A stretch of DNA of 64,000 nucleotides. Origin: Eledone cirrhosa (lineage: Eukaryota). The notes beneath the pieces were generated by a model, which did no database searches, was not told where the DNA came from, and saw only the letters and a list, made by a program, of their open reading frames with translations. Positions 1-14,326 of this stretch are shown here, one piece after another (position 1 is the first letter of the stretch; each line of letters begins with the position of its first letter). The stretch is from the NCBI GenBank assembly GCA_964016885.1, contig OZ024742.1:95046001-95110000 (forward strand), written 5' to 3'. The translations under genes and the position numbers were made by a program.

Positions 1-276
1 ATTCTCAGACCGGGTGATGTGTTGTTTCCTTGAGCAAGAGACACTTTATTTCCCATTGCTCCAGTTTACTCAGCTGTAGAAATGAGATGATAGGGACTGG
101 GGTCCCTATCATTCCACTGGAAAGTGGTCATGGAGGTGCCACGTCAAAAAAGCACCCAGCACTCACTGTAAATGAGGTTGGTGTTAGGAAGAGCATCCAG
201 CTGTAGAAATCAAGCCAGAATCAGTTCCCGTCCCACCCTTGCAAGCAGGGAAAAGCGGACGTAAAATGATGATGAT
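1..276 (+). mobile_element. tRNA-derived SINE family A (core + RTE-derived 3' tail), cut by the window start
   Basis: Core GTGTTGTTTCCTTGAGCAAGAGACACTTTATTTC..CTCCAGTTTACTCAGCTG, then the RTE-type tail GTTGGTGTTAGGAAGAGCATCCAGCTGTAGAAA..CGGACGTAAAA(TGA)n. Collinear with the minus-strand copy at 42061-42380. Confidence 0.85.
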
Positions 277-1122
277 ACAATGTTTCAAAAGTTGCTCTCA
301 ATCTTAGTATGAGAGGCCATCAAAAGGAAAGAGCACACTTTAATCATCACTAACTATAGGTTCTTCACTCTGAATGACTGACCATGTGTGTGCCAGGGCA
401 AGGTGTTTTGTATAATACAATCCGTCACCAATGTATGCCAATTTTGCTCCTCCACATTGTACATATAGCCAAGATGAAACTTCAAAGTCACGGTCACTTT
501 GCTCAAAATCTGTTCAGTCTCTCCTAACAGTCATTAGTAGCCATAGCAAGCTGTCTTATTTGCTAAATTTAGACATTAAGCCTTTGATCAGAAACATTTT
601 TTACAATATAATCCTTATGATACTAGGCTGCCTGAAAATATCTCTGATTCAACAATACAAGGGTGTTTTAAAGTGCTTATATTTATCTCAAGTCATTCCA
701 TCATGATATTATATAAGAACATCGTTAAATTACATTCCAAGTGCCAGCTTAATAACGAGAAAGTTTGTTAAATCCCTTCAAATTCATGATTACTTTCGAA
801 ATAAATTGAAAATCATAGGCAGTATCTTTCATTTGAAATATGTTAATGAAAGAGTTACATCCACACTCGTTCTTTAATTTCTATCACTATTGATGTCCAT
901 TTATCTGCTAGCACATATTTCTCTCTACAACAATAATATACCATTGCTTTGTGAAAATATGAAACTATATTTGTACATTTCTACTACACATTATCCAATT
1001 GACTTTGTATTTATCTATATATACTCCCCCCCCCCCTTCTCTCTCTTTCTCTTTATATATATATGAGTGTGTTCTGTTATTAATTCTGGCAATATTACAC
1101 AAATATGACCCTCCCAAAGTAT

Positions 1123-1126
<4 letters not shown>

Positions 1127-1165
<39 letters not shown>

Positions 1166-1184
1166 TATGCACACACACACACTG

Positions 1185-1220
<36 letters not shown>
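1127..1220. repeat. (TA)n/(CA)n compound microsatellite
   Basis: Directly visible dinucleotide runs; source of the YIYI/VCVC ORFs. Confidence 0.95.
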
Positions 1221-1221
<1 letters not shown>

Positions 1222-1577
1222 AACATGGTATATTTGTATTGTATTGTACATTCTCATAAGACATATATATAAACATGTGTTAATTGATCTTGTAAATTAT
1301 GATATGTTGTGTTCCATACAGAATTCTATCAAATTTGTTCACACAAACTACATGCTGTGTAATTATTATTACATTATTATACCAATGAGATGAAGGTTTG
1401 ATTTTTGTAGGTATCTAGGAAATAAGATTGAAAAATTATATATAACTAGTTATCGTTATCTCTACAAAGTATCTTAGGTTGCTTACAATTGGTGACTCAA
1501 CATTCAAACAGGCCTATAAATTCATACATTCTTATATGCAGATAAACATTCGTATATGTGTGAATATCTTAATATAT

Positions 1578-1730
1578 GAAGGCATGTGGCTTAGTAATTA
1601 AGGTAGTTAGCTCATAATATTGTGAGTTTGATTCTTGGTAGTGTGCTGTGAACTTGAACAAATCACTTTATTTCATGTTGCTCCAGTCCACTCAGCTAAC
1701 AAATATATGTTGTACCTCTAAATTCAGCTT
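1578..1730 (+). mobile_element. Decayed tRNA-derived SINE (family A-like head and core)
   Basis: A-box-like TGGCTTAGTAA, B-box-like GAGTTTGATTC, core CACTTTATTTCATGTTGCTCCAGTCCACTCAGCT. Confidence 0.7.
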
Positions 1731-2651
1731 TATCACATTCCATCTATCAATCTATCTCTTTATCTTGCTATCTACATACATATCTTTGTATCTATTTATC
1801 TACCTATTTTACTAACTGCCTGTCTGCTTGCCTAACTGTCTGACAGTTACTTTTTAGTTATCTATATATGTATATTTACCAATGTATCTATCATTGAACA
1901 AGAAGAAAAATAACCACACCAAAGCCCAAATATCAATAACAGTCCAAAGATAAATAGACTAACAGAGAGCTAGGTAGATAGATAGTTAGAACAAAGTCAG
2001 CATAGCTAAGTGGATAAATGTTTGATAATTATTAAAGATAATGTAGGAGAAAATTATTGTAAATGAAGTATATAAATGTAACATGAAATACTGTGATGGT
2101 CACAATTAAAAGAGGGAGAAGGGCAAAATCAAGGATTTAATTATCTTTACATTGAATGTTGTATTCAAGCAATTATTTTTTTATTATAGTCTGTGAACTT
2201 TTATGGGTAATGTGCTAGTATGTGTTGTATGTATATATATATGTATATATATATACATATACATACACACATATATATATATATATATACACACACATTA
2301 ATGTCCTATGCTGCAGCAAACTATATTAACAAGATGTACTTGAAAGAAAAATACTTATAATGATTAAAAGACGTAATAAATTCTCTAATATAAGGGGGTA
2401 ACAAATCTAATAGCTTCCTCTGTTTTTCAATAATGCCTGCTTATAATTTTAATGAAAAATGTATTGTTTTAACACTGTATTTTAGGGCATCTATTTAATT
2501 AGTATATAAATAACAAGCATACTTATGCAACACTACTTTTGGCTGAACCACATTAAACTTGAAAGCCTTTAATGTGATATTATTGCTATAGTTATTGAGT
2601 GCAGTCCACCTTCTCCATTCAGCATGTTTCTTAGATGATAAAATATGTTCC

Positions 2652-4070
2652 CTTCCAAGTATTGATGGTCAACCCTATCGAACGCCTTAGACTGATCTAA
2701 ATTGATCAGAGCCCCACCGAAGCCGGGTTTACACCCCACCCTCTCTATGATGTATTGCATGAGGTGGAGGTTGTCGTGTATGGACCTGGTTGAAATTGCA
2801 CACGTTTGAGCATTTTCCACCAGGTTCGAATCGACAAGCGCCAGCCTCGTTGCTAACACCTTGGCCAAAATGTTTAACTCTGTGTTTAGGAGAGTTATGG
2901 GCCTAAAGTTGCTTAGTGCGCCCCCCCTTCTTCTCGTCTTTCCTGATCAGCGTTACTACGCCACTGCCTGCAGAACAGGGAATTGTCCCGTTCTGCTGCC
3001 AGTTGCAGTAGATGGCTTCGAGGGTGCCAGAGAACAAGTCCGGCATGCCTATGTATGACTCATAGGGTAGACCATCTAGACCGGGTGATTTGCGTTTCCC
3101 GCAGTGGCCCAGAGCGTCCCGTATCTCAGTGGCTGTGATCGGTCTTTCGCAGAACTCGGCGTCCATGCTCGAGAGACGCGGCAGGCCGTCGAGGTATGAA
3201 CCGAACTCCATTGCCCCGTTCGGCGCACTGCCACTCTGCTCGAATAGTTGCGCAAAGTGCTGCTGAAAGGCCGTGCACATCCACTTGGAGTCAAGTAGCA
3301 CGCGTCTGTTTTGGTCTTTCAAAGACCGAATCATGGCCTTGTTGCTAACAGCTTTTGCTTCCTAATTTCCTAGAGCACGTGATCTACTCCTGACTATGCA
3401 CCCTTCGTGTTTTGCCTCGAAGAACTGGTCTAGTGCCCTTCTCGTTGCTAGCACTCTAGCTGCGTTGCCACTCCTAAGCGCCTCCTCTACCTTGGCTACT
3501 AGTTCTCTTTCTGTCTTGTTTTTCTCTAAGGCTAGTCCTTTGCTAAACGCTATCGACTCTACTCTAATTGCTCTCTTGAGAGAGTACCACCATCTATTGT
3601 TGACGATGCCTTCCGTCAACTGTTGCTGAACTAATCTACTTACCCGTGTCTACTGTAGGCTCTACGTATCGGTAACGACATGTTCAGCTTCCAGTATCCA
3701 GGTCCTTGTCTGTGTGTTCTATTATGGTTGACTATGCAGGTGACTAGTTTGTGGTCTGAATAGGCAACCATTTATATTTGTGGGCAGCTTAACATTTTCC
3801 TCTCTCTCTAATGAAGAACCTATCTAAATACGATCTAGATGTCCCACTGGACGATTTGTCCACGTCCACTGTGGTGCAGTTGGGAAATCTAGTCGATACC
3901 TATTGGCTAGTTGGAATTGGCCGATTAAATTTTTGAGGCTGTTGCACCCCCCCCCTCTACTGGGACATGTTCCTACATAGTCCCAACGTGCGTCTAGGAT
4001 ACCATTCCAGTCCCCCAATAAAAGCAAGAAGCGAGACGTTCCCAGAAAAGACTAGACGCTTAAAGAAACC
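2652..4070 (-). pseudogene. Decayed Tx1/L1-group LINE ORF2 fragment (end of APE endonuclease, linker, start of RT)
   Basis: Broken minus-strand ORFs: LLLGDWNGILD (APE), PITATEIRDAL..KSPGLDGLPYE (RT domain 0), RSIHDNLHL..GALINLDQSKAFDRVDHQYL (RT). Several stops/frameshifts; ends before YADD. GC-richer than its flanks. Confidence 0.9.
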
Positions 4071-5398
4071 TGAAGTGTGGGAACATATGTAAGCATGATG
4101 CAGACCTTTGGCCCATCTGTGTGGTCATTAACTCTGCTGAATACTAACTTGGTCATTGATGACTTCTCCAACCTTTGCTTGCAGGGAGAACAGGCATTAA
4201 TGATGATGGCCTCACTACCAGTAATTTTATGACTAGATTCTAAGCTTGCACATATTCCTTGATGAGAATAAATATATTTTAGTGAAACATTTATCTTCAT
4301 TGCTTTCAAATGAGTCTATAATTTGGGAATTTAAAGCTGAGATACACACCTAACAATGATATTTTCATGTATATACTAAAATCTTTAAATGGAGACTCGC
4401 ATTTTAAGATATGTTTCTCATTGTTGCAGTTTTACAATAAAGGGATATAAAATGTTATTTCATGAAAGAATTGTGAAATGAATAATATGAAATTGTGTTC
4501 AGTTAAAAGTCTGAAAATTATACAGTTTGAAAAAGCATGTGGCAGTAAAAGATATTCGTTTTGTTGCCAAGTCAGGGATTAGTTTATCAGAAATTCAAAT
4601 ATCACTTTTAGTCTTATTAATCTTTCACTGGTTTTAGTAATTCAACTGTAATCATGCCTGATTAAAGAAATTTAGTATATCATACTGACTCTTTCTTCAA
4701 GTTTAATACTTATTTTACCAATCTCTTTTTGCCAAGCCAATAAATCATAGGCCATAAACTTAGTCACTGACAAAACATATGAACATGTGCACACACAAAC
4801 AATGGTCTTTTACAGTTTCCATCTAACCAAATTTCACTTGTATCACATTAGTCAACCTGAGGTTATAATAGAAGACAACTCTTATCCTATTTGCCATGCA
4901 ATAAGACAGAACCGAAAACCATGTGGTTGTGTAGTAAATTCATTAACTACAACAACATGTCTGTGCCTATAGAGTAGAAGTTAAAACCATATCTACCTTT
5001 TTTATCATATTCAAGCCATCTATATATGTACGCAATGGTACATGGTTCCATAAACAGCATCCAAATTCTGTTTGTAAATAAGGTTGCTGTGACATGGTCA
5101 TGGCAAAGGAGAACTCTACATGTTGAGTTTGAAATTCCTTTGTTGTGGAATACATTTCTGTTTGCTCATTTTTTTAATAAGGGAGATAACCTGGTATGTA
5201 TATGTGTACATTTATTCATACATATTTATGTACATATTCGTGTGAATACATATAAATATATATATATTTGTGTGTAAATATATGTACATATGCATGTATG
5301 CATGTGTGTATACATATGTATAGACCTGCACACACATGTTTATCTTTCTGTATGTTTATATATATGTACAAATATAAAACATGTATATATATGAATGT

Positions 5399-5399
<1 letters not shown>

Positions 5400-5462
<63 letters not shown>
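5400..5462. repeat. (CA)n(TA)n microsatellite
   Basis: Visible dinucleotide runs. Confidence 0.95.
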
Positions 5463-5464
<2 letters not shown>

Positions 5465-5714
5465 TAGTTACATATCATTAAGCTTTAGAAAATTACTGCC
5501 ACATTGTCTAATTTTGAATCAGTTATAAATAAATCCAGTCCCATTGCAAAGACATGTCTTTTCAAAATATCATTTTGAAAGCTCTTTCATTGTATTTTCT
5601 CATATACCTTGTGCTGAAGAACACTTTAGGCTTCTAAGGGGCAGAGATACAGTAAGATGACTCTTGAAGTAGAATGTTATGAAGGTAGTGCAATTTATAT
5701 TTAACGTCATTAAT

Positions 5715-5755
<41 letters not shown>

Positions 5756-6639
5756 TTTAACTGTAAACATAGTTTACTTACAGACTTGTATACTTTCCTT
5801 GTATTTTTTTATGCAGAGATTTCTATAAATATGAAATTCCTATGAGTATATTTGTTCTGTGTTTATATACGTATATATATTTATATACGTATATATATAC
5901 ATATATACATACATACATATATATACACACAGTTACCAAGGAGACATGTTTATATGTGTATCTCGTTGTGTTCATGTCTTCTGTTTATGTTCTGTATCTT
6001 AGTGGTTCAATAAAATAAGTACCAATCGATGTCATCAACTAAAATATCGTCAATCCAGTATAACAGTGTGGCCGTAGTCTATAGGCAGAAACCACTAAAA
6101 GAATAAAAAGAATAATTATTCTTTGCCTGTGCAATATGTGTCAATGTATATACCATCATCACACAGAATAGATATAGATCTTCAGTTTTAATGCTGGTTA
6201 AAAACCATTGTAGACCTGACAATGCTGATGCATCATAAATCATAAAAATTGCACTCTTTTACTTCATTTTTTTTTTCTACGTTTCTAATTTTTTTGCTAT
6301 TTCCATTATCCTATTGTTTCTATTAATTACTCTCATTATCTTGATCTTTTTAATTAGTAATATTGCAAATATTTCTATAGATGGTTTCTTTTTTCAATGA
6401 TCTGAAATTAATTTTATAAACATATTACTGGAGGCTAACCTTACTATGGTTGCAGTCTTTTGAAATACAAGACCAGGGACATTGAGAATTAGATTGTTCT
6501 AGGTTTTCTTTTAATACTTTCTTCAGATATTTTTTTTTCTGAAGACTTCCAAAGGCAAAAACCATTGTAATACAGTGTCTTCTTTGTACAATTATCTGTT
6601 AATGAGTGAATTTTTTATTTTGAAGATGGCTGCGTTCTA

Positions 6640-7400
6640 AATTATTATTATCGTTGATGGTTTGTTCCGTAAATAGGATAATCACTTGATACTTTACTGT
6701 CTGTCCAGTCTCAATAAGGACCATAGAATGGACATATTTTCCAGAGTATATGTACAGTGCCTAGCAGGGCAGTCTCTCGAAGGAGAGCAATTTGTGAGTC
6801 AATATCTATTTTCTTATGATACCCTCTCAGTTTTAGTGGTATTGATCATATTCATTCCAATTCCGATTTTCCAGTCAATATATTTTGTTACTGTTACAAT
6901 TTCTTTCAATAATCTGGTATTCACACATATTTCTGTGCATAACTACAATATCATGTCTGTTGAGTTCAGGACAGTGGTTTGTTTGCATAATGAAATTCCA
7001 GAGTATCTTTGGCTGACTTCTGTCATCAAGGAGATTTTTTGGGACATACTGGCACCACTTATTGAATGCCTGATACCTATATTTTTGTACATTGACCAAT
7101 GAAGTTATGTACTGACCTTGAGATGTCTTTTTTATGCTCTTTTTGAGCTAGTGTTTTGCAGATGCTCAGTGTGTGGGTGATGCTTTCTGTATTAATTCCA
7201 CAGAGATGGCACTTCACATTTTGACTAAGAGGTTATATATTTTTAGTCATAAAATAAGTACTGAAAGCTTGGTCTTGGACTGAGAGCAGCAGTCCAATGT
7301 TCAACTCAATTATTTGTCATTAGAATTAGCCATGACATGCCATTCAAACATCTGCTTTTCTTTTCTTTTAAACTTTGCTTTATTTTTCATATTTCTCTTT
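6640..7400 (-). pseudogene. Decayed R4/Dong-type (RLE) LINE 3' end
   Basis: Minus-strand translation gives the CCHC knuckle CHLCGINTESITHTLSICKTLAQKEHKK, the RLE-type KILWNFIMQTNH..NRHDIVV and the terminal ETALLGTVHILW; ends in (TAA)n. Confidence 0.8.
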
Positions 7401-7651
7401 TCTAGTCCCATTACTGCTGGGGTTTACTGCAGAAGTCATTTGTTACTATTTTTCGGGTGGTAATCAATAGTCATTCTTGATAAGACTTATCAGTCCTCTT
7501 ACTCAAACTTTATATTTTATGTACAGCCATGTTCATTGTTTTCTTGTTTTTGCAATCGTAAGTGCCAGAGTTGTTCCAAAACAGCTGAAAGCCTGGGACT
7601 CCACCCATGGGATAATACAGCCCAGATTACCCCTCCAACTAATTATGACTA

Positions 7652-7745
7652 TAATAATTGTTTCTACTTTAAGCACAAGGCCAGCAATTACCCAGTTCAT
7701 TACTGGTACTTTATGTTATCAACCCCGTAAGGATGAAAGGTAAAT
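7652..7745 (-). mobile_element. 5'-truncated SINE family B
   Basis: Reverse complement of CCTTTCATCCTTACGGGGTTGATAA..GTACCAGTAA..GCTGGCCTTGTGC..GTAGAAACAATTATT, shared with full copies. Confidence 0.85.
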
Positions 7746-8586
7746 AGTCTTTTGATATATATTTTTTCCCTGTGCTCAACAAAACTTTAATGGAAAATTT
7801 TTTAGAGAACAGTTTAGGATTTGTTAGAAACTAATAATCTAATGTATATACATATGTAGAGGGGAGACCTTTTTCCACACAAAAAATATAAACCCAGCAT
7901 CTGATATATCTAGTGCAGCTACAAAACCACATATGAGAATCAAGTACTGAGTCAAGGATTTTGTATATAAAACAGATTAGTAGCTTATCTCCCATTATCA
8001 TTTATACAAATTTATATACAAAATAGTGTATAGGAAGACATATATGATATGGTTATGTGATATGATTGCAGCTTAAAATATTCATAGTGAGACGTATGTA
8101 TATATTACATATAAACATTTTGATTATGCCATCATAAACCTTTTATTTTGAATCATGCTCGGTTAAAGCTACTACTAATTAATCCCAGCCAAGTTAAGTA
8201 TGCACTATATGCAACAGATGTGCTATATGCAAAAAAGTATATAAGCCATTGCCTACTCTAATCTGAGTAGTGAGTGAGCAAATGTCACTGAAACACTAGT
8301 ATCTGGCATTATCACATTGCTACTGAGATAGCTGTGACCTGATCAGAGATTAAAACTGCCATTGCAAGATTCATATATGTTTATTATACATAAATATATC
8401 GTATATGACTTTATATAGACCACTATTATGAATCAGGATATGTTAATACTACTGCAAATGTATCTATACTGCAACGCTTTTCCTATGAGAAAACGATTAC
8501 AAAATATTTATATGAAGTAGAGGAAACAATGACAAATTGGATTAATAAAAATACAAAATTAAGGTACATTTCCATGAAATATCAAG

Positions 8587-8943
8587 TTAACCTGTTTGAT
8601 AACAAACCACATAAAACTGAACTTAGTTCTGAGATAAAAAAAAACACAATTTTAAGATGTTTATATTCATGAAAAGCTTTCCATCATAATATTATATAAG
8701 AAACTTTAACTTATGTTCCAACTCTCTATCTTCATAAGAAAGTTAGTTATATTATTACTAAATCCTTCAAATTCTTAACTATCTTCAAAATTATTTGAAT
8801 ATCATATTTTACACTACATTAAGTTTCACTCTTCTATTTCTAATTTGCATTATACTTGATTTCTCAAAGCAATAATATTTTTAATGAAAGATGCAGCCGG
8901 TTGGCTGTATCTTTCATTAAAAATATGGTAACCAAAGGGTTAA
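8587..8943 (+). mobile_element. TTAA-flanked non-autonomous DNA transposon (piggyBac-like MITE, family M1)
   Basis: TTAA CCTGTTTGATAAC ... GGTAACCAAAGGG TTAA ends. The internal TTATGTTCCAA..CTTAATAA..AAATCCTTCAAATT motif recurs near 590-857, 9983-10230, 31036-31290, 32170-32443, 34491-34780, 40110-40330, 48050-48270, 54620-54925 and 58870-59140. Confidence 0.6.
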
Positions 8944-10689
8944 ACATCCAAATTTTAATCTTGCCCATGATTCTATTATACCTTACTAGAAGCACCAGAG
9001 AAATTGTATGATACTACTACAACAACATTATCATCTTAGCATCATTGCAATTCACTTCTTCAATAATACATACTCTTCCACAAAACTCTTTTCATGAATA
9101 ATCAATTGAAAAACAAAATGAAAAATATGAAAAACAAAAACAAAACAATACAAAAATATAGTAATAATAAAATCAATAATATAGGAAAAGAGAAATAGAT
9201 AAATATAAATGAAATGAAATACTCTGTATTTTAAATTATCACTTCAAATTAAGATAAGTGGTATTTTCAAATAGAGGTAAATGATTTCAGCTGAGCAAAA
9301 TTAAAGCATTTCTTTTCAAAAAGATCTATCTGGAAACTTTTGGGGATTTTTACTTGACAGAAGCTGAATTTAAAGTAGTAATAGTAATAATGATAATACT
9401 AATACTAATAACGATACTGATTATGATAATAATAATGTTAATAATAATAATGATGCTAATAATAACAACAACAGCATTAGTAATGATGACAATAATAATA
9501 ATATAAACAACAGCATCATAATAATAAAGAAAGATGTTTTATTATCAATTTTGTTTCCTTTTGCTTCATTGATAAGTGAAAAACCATTTAAGTTTTGCAA
9601 TGCTTTTAAAATCGATTTCATTTTCAAGCAAATTTGATTGTAGAAGTGATAGTGGAGAACATTTTTGGAGGGCCTTATCAATATTGATTCATCTCTTGTG
9701 GTCAGTGGTGATATCAGCAAGTGATATTTCTTTATTTACCCAATATTTTCTCAATTTAATATTAATATATTATTAATATCAGCATTAGCAACAACAACAA
9801 CAATACTAAAAATAATAATAATAATAATAATAATTGTGGTTGTGGTGGTTTTGGTGATGATGGTAGTAGCAATGGTAATCTTAGGAAAATGTTATATATT
9901 AATTTGATTTTTATTTCCTTTAGTATTCTATAATCAGTAATTTCCAAGTTTCATTTAAAGGGTCTGTAAAATGAAAATATATTGTTTACCATATTTCCAA
10001 AGAAAGGCAATGCCTATAATTTTAAAATCATTTTGAAAATTTTTAAAAATTACGAGGAAGTATATAATATAACTAATTTTATCATTATTATGTTGTTGTT
10101 TGGAACATAACTTAAAACAGTTTCGTACATACAATTATGGTGAGAGTGTTTAGATAAATACTAGACAACATATCCAGCATAGCCCAGTAAATAATTCACT
10201 GGATTGGTTGCCAGTTTTTTAAATTGAAATTATGGTACTTCTGTATGAATGCATTATATCAGAAACAAAACCTATAGTATCTTTAACATATATTCAGTTT
10301 TTTATAATATATCATCCATTCTATCTTGAACCCTGTAAATGGAACCCTTCACAATCATTGATATATCACAACATGATCTGAAAGTTAACATGCTTTTTTA
10401 TACTTTTTAGATTTTGTATTTCTTTTACAACAGTTTTTTAAGCAGTAACTGAATAGATTGGCAATAACTGATTAAAAATGGTATCAGAATGTAAAGACTA
10501 CTCATACCAGTATAAAAGTTGAAAAAACTCCCAAACATGATGATATTGAATGTTACACTTTTGTTATAAACATTCTTCTGGGATAGCTTAATCTTTTTGA
10601 TGTGAAACTATCTCAAACTACTTATTATTTATGTTCATACATGGAACAAAAGTGCTACCTAAGGTTTCGTGGCTCAATATTTACCATAT

Positions 10690-11030
10690 CTCCAAATTGT
10701 AAGAAGGATCTAAATTGTGACAATCGTCCGACGCTTATGGTGCAAGATCATTTTAAACAGCGTTTTTACTTGCATTTCCACTCCTTCAGGAATCCTGATA
10801 TGAGAACCAGTAAAACTTGTTCAGTAAAAATGTCTGACAATTAAAGAAGAAAAGAGTCCCACATAAGATTACTTGGAGGATACTTGAAAGATCCAGACCT
10901 CAGACTAAGAGATGTCATCTTGTCTTAGTGAGAATTTTAGAATAATACATGGTGTGTGTGTCATCAATAATCATTTTAACTCAAATAACGAACCTTTTAG
11001 ACAATGCCTCCATTTCAAAAGCTAAATACA
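10690..11030 (+). pseudogene. Penelope-like element GIY-YIG endonuclease relic
   Basis: Frameshifted peptides FKQRFYLHFHSFRNP and KITWRILERSRPQTKRCHL match the C-terminal half of Penelope GIY-YIG domains (from recall). Confidence 0.55.
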
Positions 11031-11773
11031 TGCTAAATGGAAATACTCAACATATTCAACTGATTTTCAACTTAATTTGATATATTATTAATTTTTTAAT
11101 ATCTTTTGTTTCTTTCATTTCCCCCACTTACATACTACAGTACACCTTCTATACTATTCTACTCCATAACATAATAAATATTACATGCCACTACATAATA
11201 CCATATATGTACTATTTTGGCAAGAATACTAACATGTGTACGACTTTGCTTTTTCAAATTTAGTCTTGAAGTTATTTCCCTTTCTTGTGTTTTTTGTAAA
11301 GTAGGATTTTAACACTCTATATATTTAATGTAATATGAAAAACTCATTTAAGCACTTGAAGAATAGGTCACAATTTTGATCCCTCTTACAATCTGGACAT
11401 TTGGTCAATATTGGGCCTTGAAACCTTAGGGAGCACTTTTTTCCGTGTATGAACATAAATATATAATATAATATATCAGCTGTCTTCCTGATTGAGCACA
11501 GTTTTTTTTTTTTCTTTTACACATCTACAGTTATTTCAAATACACACCCACACATACACACACACAGACATATATATATATACAAACAAACATACACATG
11601 TATCAACGTATGTTAACACAATTATTATTAGGAAGAAACTGAAGCAAAAAAACACATACTTATATATTTTAAATCTACTCAACAGAGAATCCAAAACTGT
11701 ATTCATTTACTGGGAAACACAAACTTAAATATACACAAAATATACTTAGAAGGCATGTATACATACATACATA

Positions 11774-11776
<3 letters not shown>

Positions 11777-11858
<82 letters not shown>

Positions 11859-11860
11859 AC
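11777..11860. repeat. (TA)n(TG)n microsatellite
   Basis: Visible runs. Confidence 0.95.
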
Positions 11861-12204
11861 ATATATACATACATATGCACACAAAATAACAATGGAAACA
11901 AACTAATGCCTACTTTTAGAATTTGGAGTGTGAAAACTATTTCAAATAGTCTATCTTTCCCCAAAAATGACTGTGAACAACACAAAACAACCTTCCTCAT
12001 ATCTGTTAGTGTTTTCATAATTACAAAATTAAGGACAGCAGAAAATAACTTTGCTTTTACTAAATGGAAGAATAAAGATGAGTACAAATGCATCTTTCAC
12101 TCTGCATTAGTTGTATTTTAAAAGCATCTTTTAATGATGTGTGTCTATATATTTTTGTGTAGATCCTTATATATATTTGAGTATATGCTTTTAACAGTAT
12201 TAGT

Positions 12205-12250
<46 letters not shown>

Positions 12251-12678
12251 TATGAAATGAAGTTAAAGCTAAATATATAGAAATAAATCTAAAAATGTAA
12301 ATCCCAAATATACATAAACCATTACATAAGTTCTTTAATGATTTAGATATGTTCATGTTTATATATATATGAAATCTTGTATGCCCACAAATGTACACAT
12401 GTATATACAATGTATGTGTATATCTGTATGTATGTATGTGTCTCTGTGTGTATATATATAACATGGGAGCATACCTGGTAGAGTGACTGAGAATTGAAAG
12501 CAGTCCTCAAGAGAATTGAAATATAAAAGGATTGAGTTAAAATGATAGAATTAGTAAGAAAATACATAGAAATGCAGAATGGGAAGAAAAAGATGTGATA
12601 AAGGCGACTTTGTTAAAGAGGTTCTGAGAGAGTTTTGTAGTGAGAATACCTCTCTCTTTCCCTCCATCTCTCTCTCAC

Positions 12679-12713
<35 letters not shown>

Positions 12714-12792
12714 TTGTGTGTACATGTGTTTATGTGAGTCTATACAAACATACATATATATGTGTGTATGTATACACATATATAACTGTGTG

Positions 12793-12823
<31 letters not shown>

Positions 12824-14134
12824 ATATATATATGTGTATGTGTGTGTGTGTACGTGGATATAATTATATGTGTGTGAAGAGAGAGGGAGATTTGAAAGTA
12901 TTCAAATGAAATAAAATTAAAGTCCCTAAAAGTTAGTGATATATTATTTTGAAAGTTTAAAACTACGCATAGAATGTTCTATATAGTCTTAATGTCAATA
13001 AAACTTTGGCTAACATATATACATTCCTCCTCTTTTATTTATTATTGTTGTTGTTTTCGTCTTTTCCACTTGGTTTTTGTTTTGGTTTCATGCTTTTTAT
13101 GTTTATTTTGTTAACTAGCTGGCTAATTATGGCAATCAAGTATATATTTTTAATATGTATTGGCAGTATCATCAGAGTGTTGGGCACCATGCCCATGGCA
13201 TTGAGTTATGGCCTTTTATGTTCTGAGTTCATATCCTGTCAAAGTTTCCTTTGCTTTTCTTCCTTTCTTAGCTGAGAAAATAGTACCCGTAATGTAGTGA
13301 TGTCAATGTACACATCTTTTCACCCCACCCACCCCCAAATTGTTGGCCTTCTGCCTAAATCAGAAACCTTTATTACTAGACCCACAAGCTTGGTAGACTG
13401 GCAGAACCATTAGAATATCAGTGAAAACTCTTTAGGGCTTATAATTATGACTCTTTAAAATCAGAGTTCAAATCTGGGCCAAATCAAATTTGCCTTTTAT
13501 CTTTCTGGTGTTGGTAAAATAAAGTCCCATTCAAGTACTGAGGTCAGTATAATTGACTTTCCACCCCACTCACTCCCCCCAAGAAAGAATTATTGTTTGG
13601 CTTGCTTAATTTCTGTTTCTCTCAATGTTTTGGAATATTATTGAATTATCACTTATGTTGAATTGTTAGAGTTGTTAGAGTATCTGATTAAGTGCCTTGG
13701 TATTTGCTCCAGTTTTCTTTACTGTGAGTTAAAGTTATACTGAGGAAAATTTTACCTTTAATCCTATAATATGATAAAATAAATTACCTGTATTTAGATT
13801 GGCAGAATGAATGTGGATCATATTGAATGACAGATTATTAGTTTATATTCCATCAAGTATTTAAATTGGAGTTGTTAAAACATCAGATATGTGCATTTTC
13901 CTTTTTCTTCTATGGTTTCTATCTACTTGAGAATTCTGGTGTTTCTTCATCCTGAATATCTCGTGGTATTTGTTCTGGCTCTCTTATAACAGGTGGTGTC
14001 TATAATCCCACAACTTCCACAAGAATAAGGACACCTATTGCCCTACACACTTCAAACAAGGGTTCATCTGGTAATGACATAGAAACTCACTTGAAAATAT
14101 TAAAACTACAACAACAATACTTTGTAGTAATAAT

Positions 14135-14326
14135 TGTTTCGACTTTTGGCACAAGGCCAGCAAATACCCAGTACATTACTGGTACTTTATTTTATCGACC
14201 CCGTAAGGATGAAAGGCAAAGTTGACCTCGGCGGGATTTGAACTCAGAATGGAAAGGGCCGTAATTCTATGCGTCAAAGCATGGCGTCCGACCCTCTACC
14301 GATGCTGCCAATCCACTGCCCAGTAC
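14135..14326 (-). mobile_element. Full-length SINE family B with 16-bp TSD
   Basis: Sense strand: A-box-like TGGCAGCATCGG, B-box GAGTTCAAATCCC, core GCCTTTCATCCTTACGGGGTCGATAAAATAAAGTACCAG. TSD ACTTTGTAGTAATAAT at 14119-14134 and 14327-14342. Confidence 0.9.
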
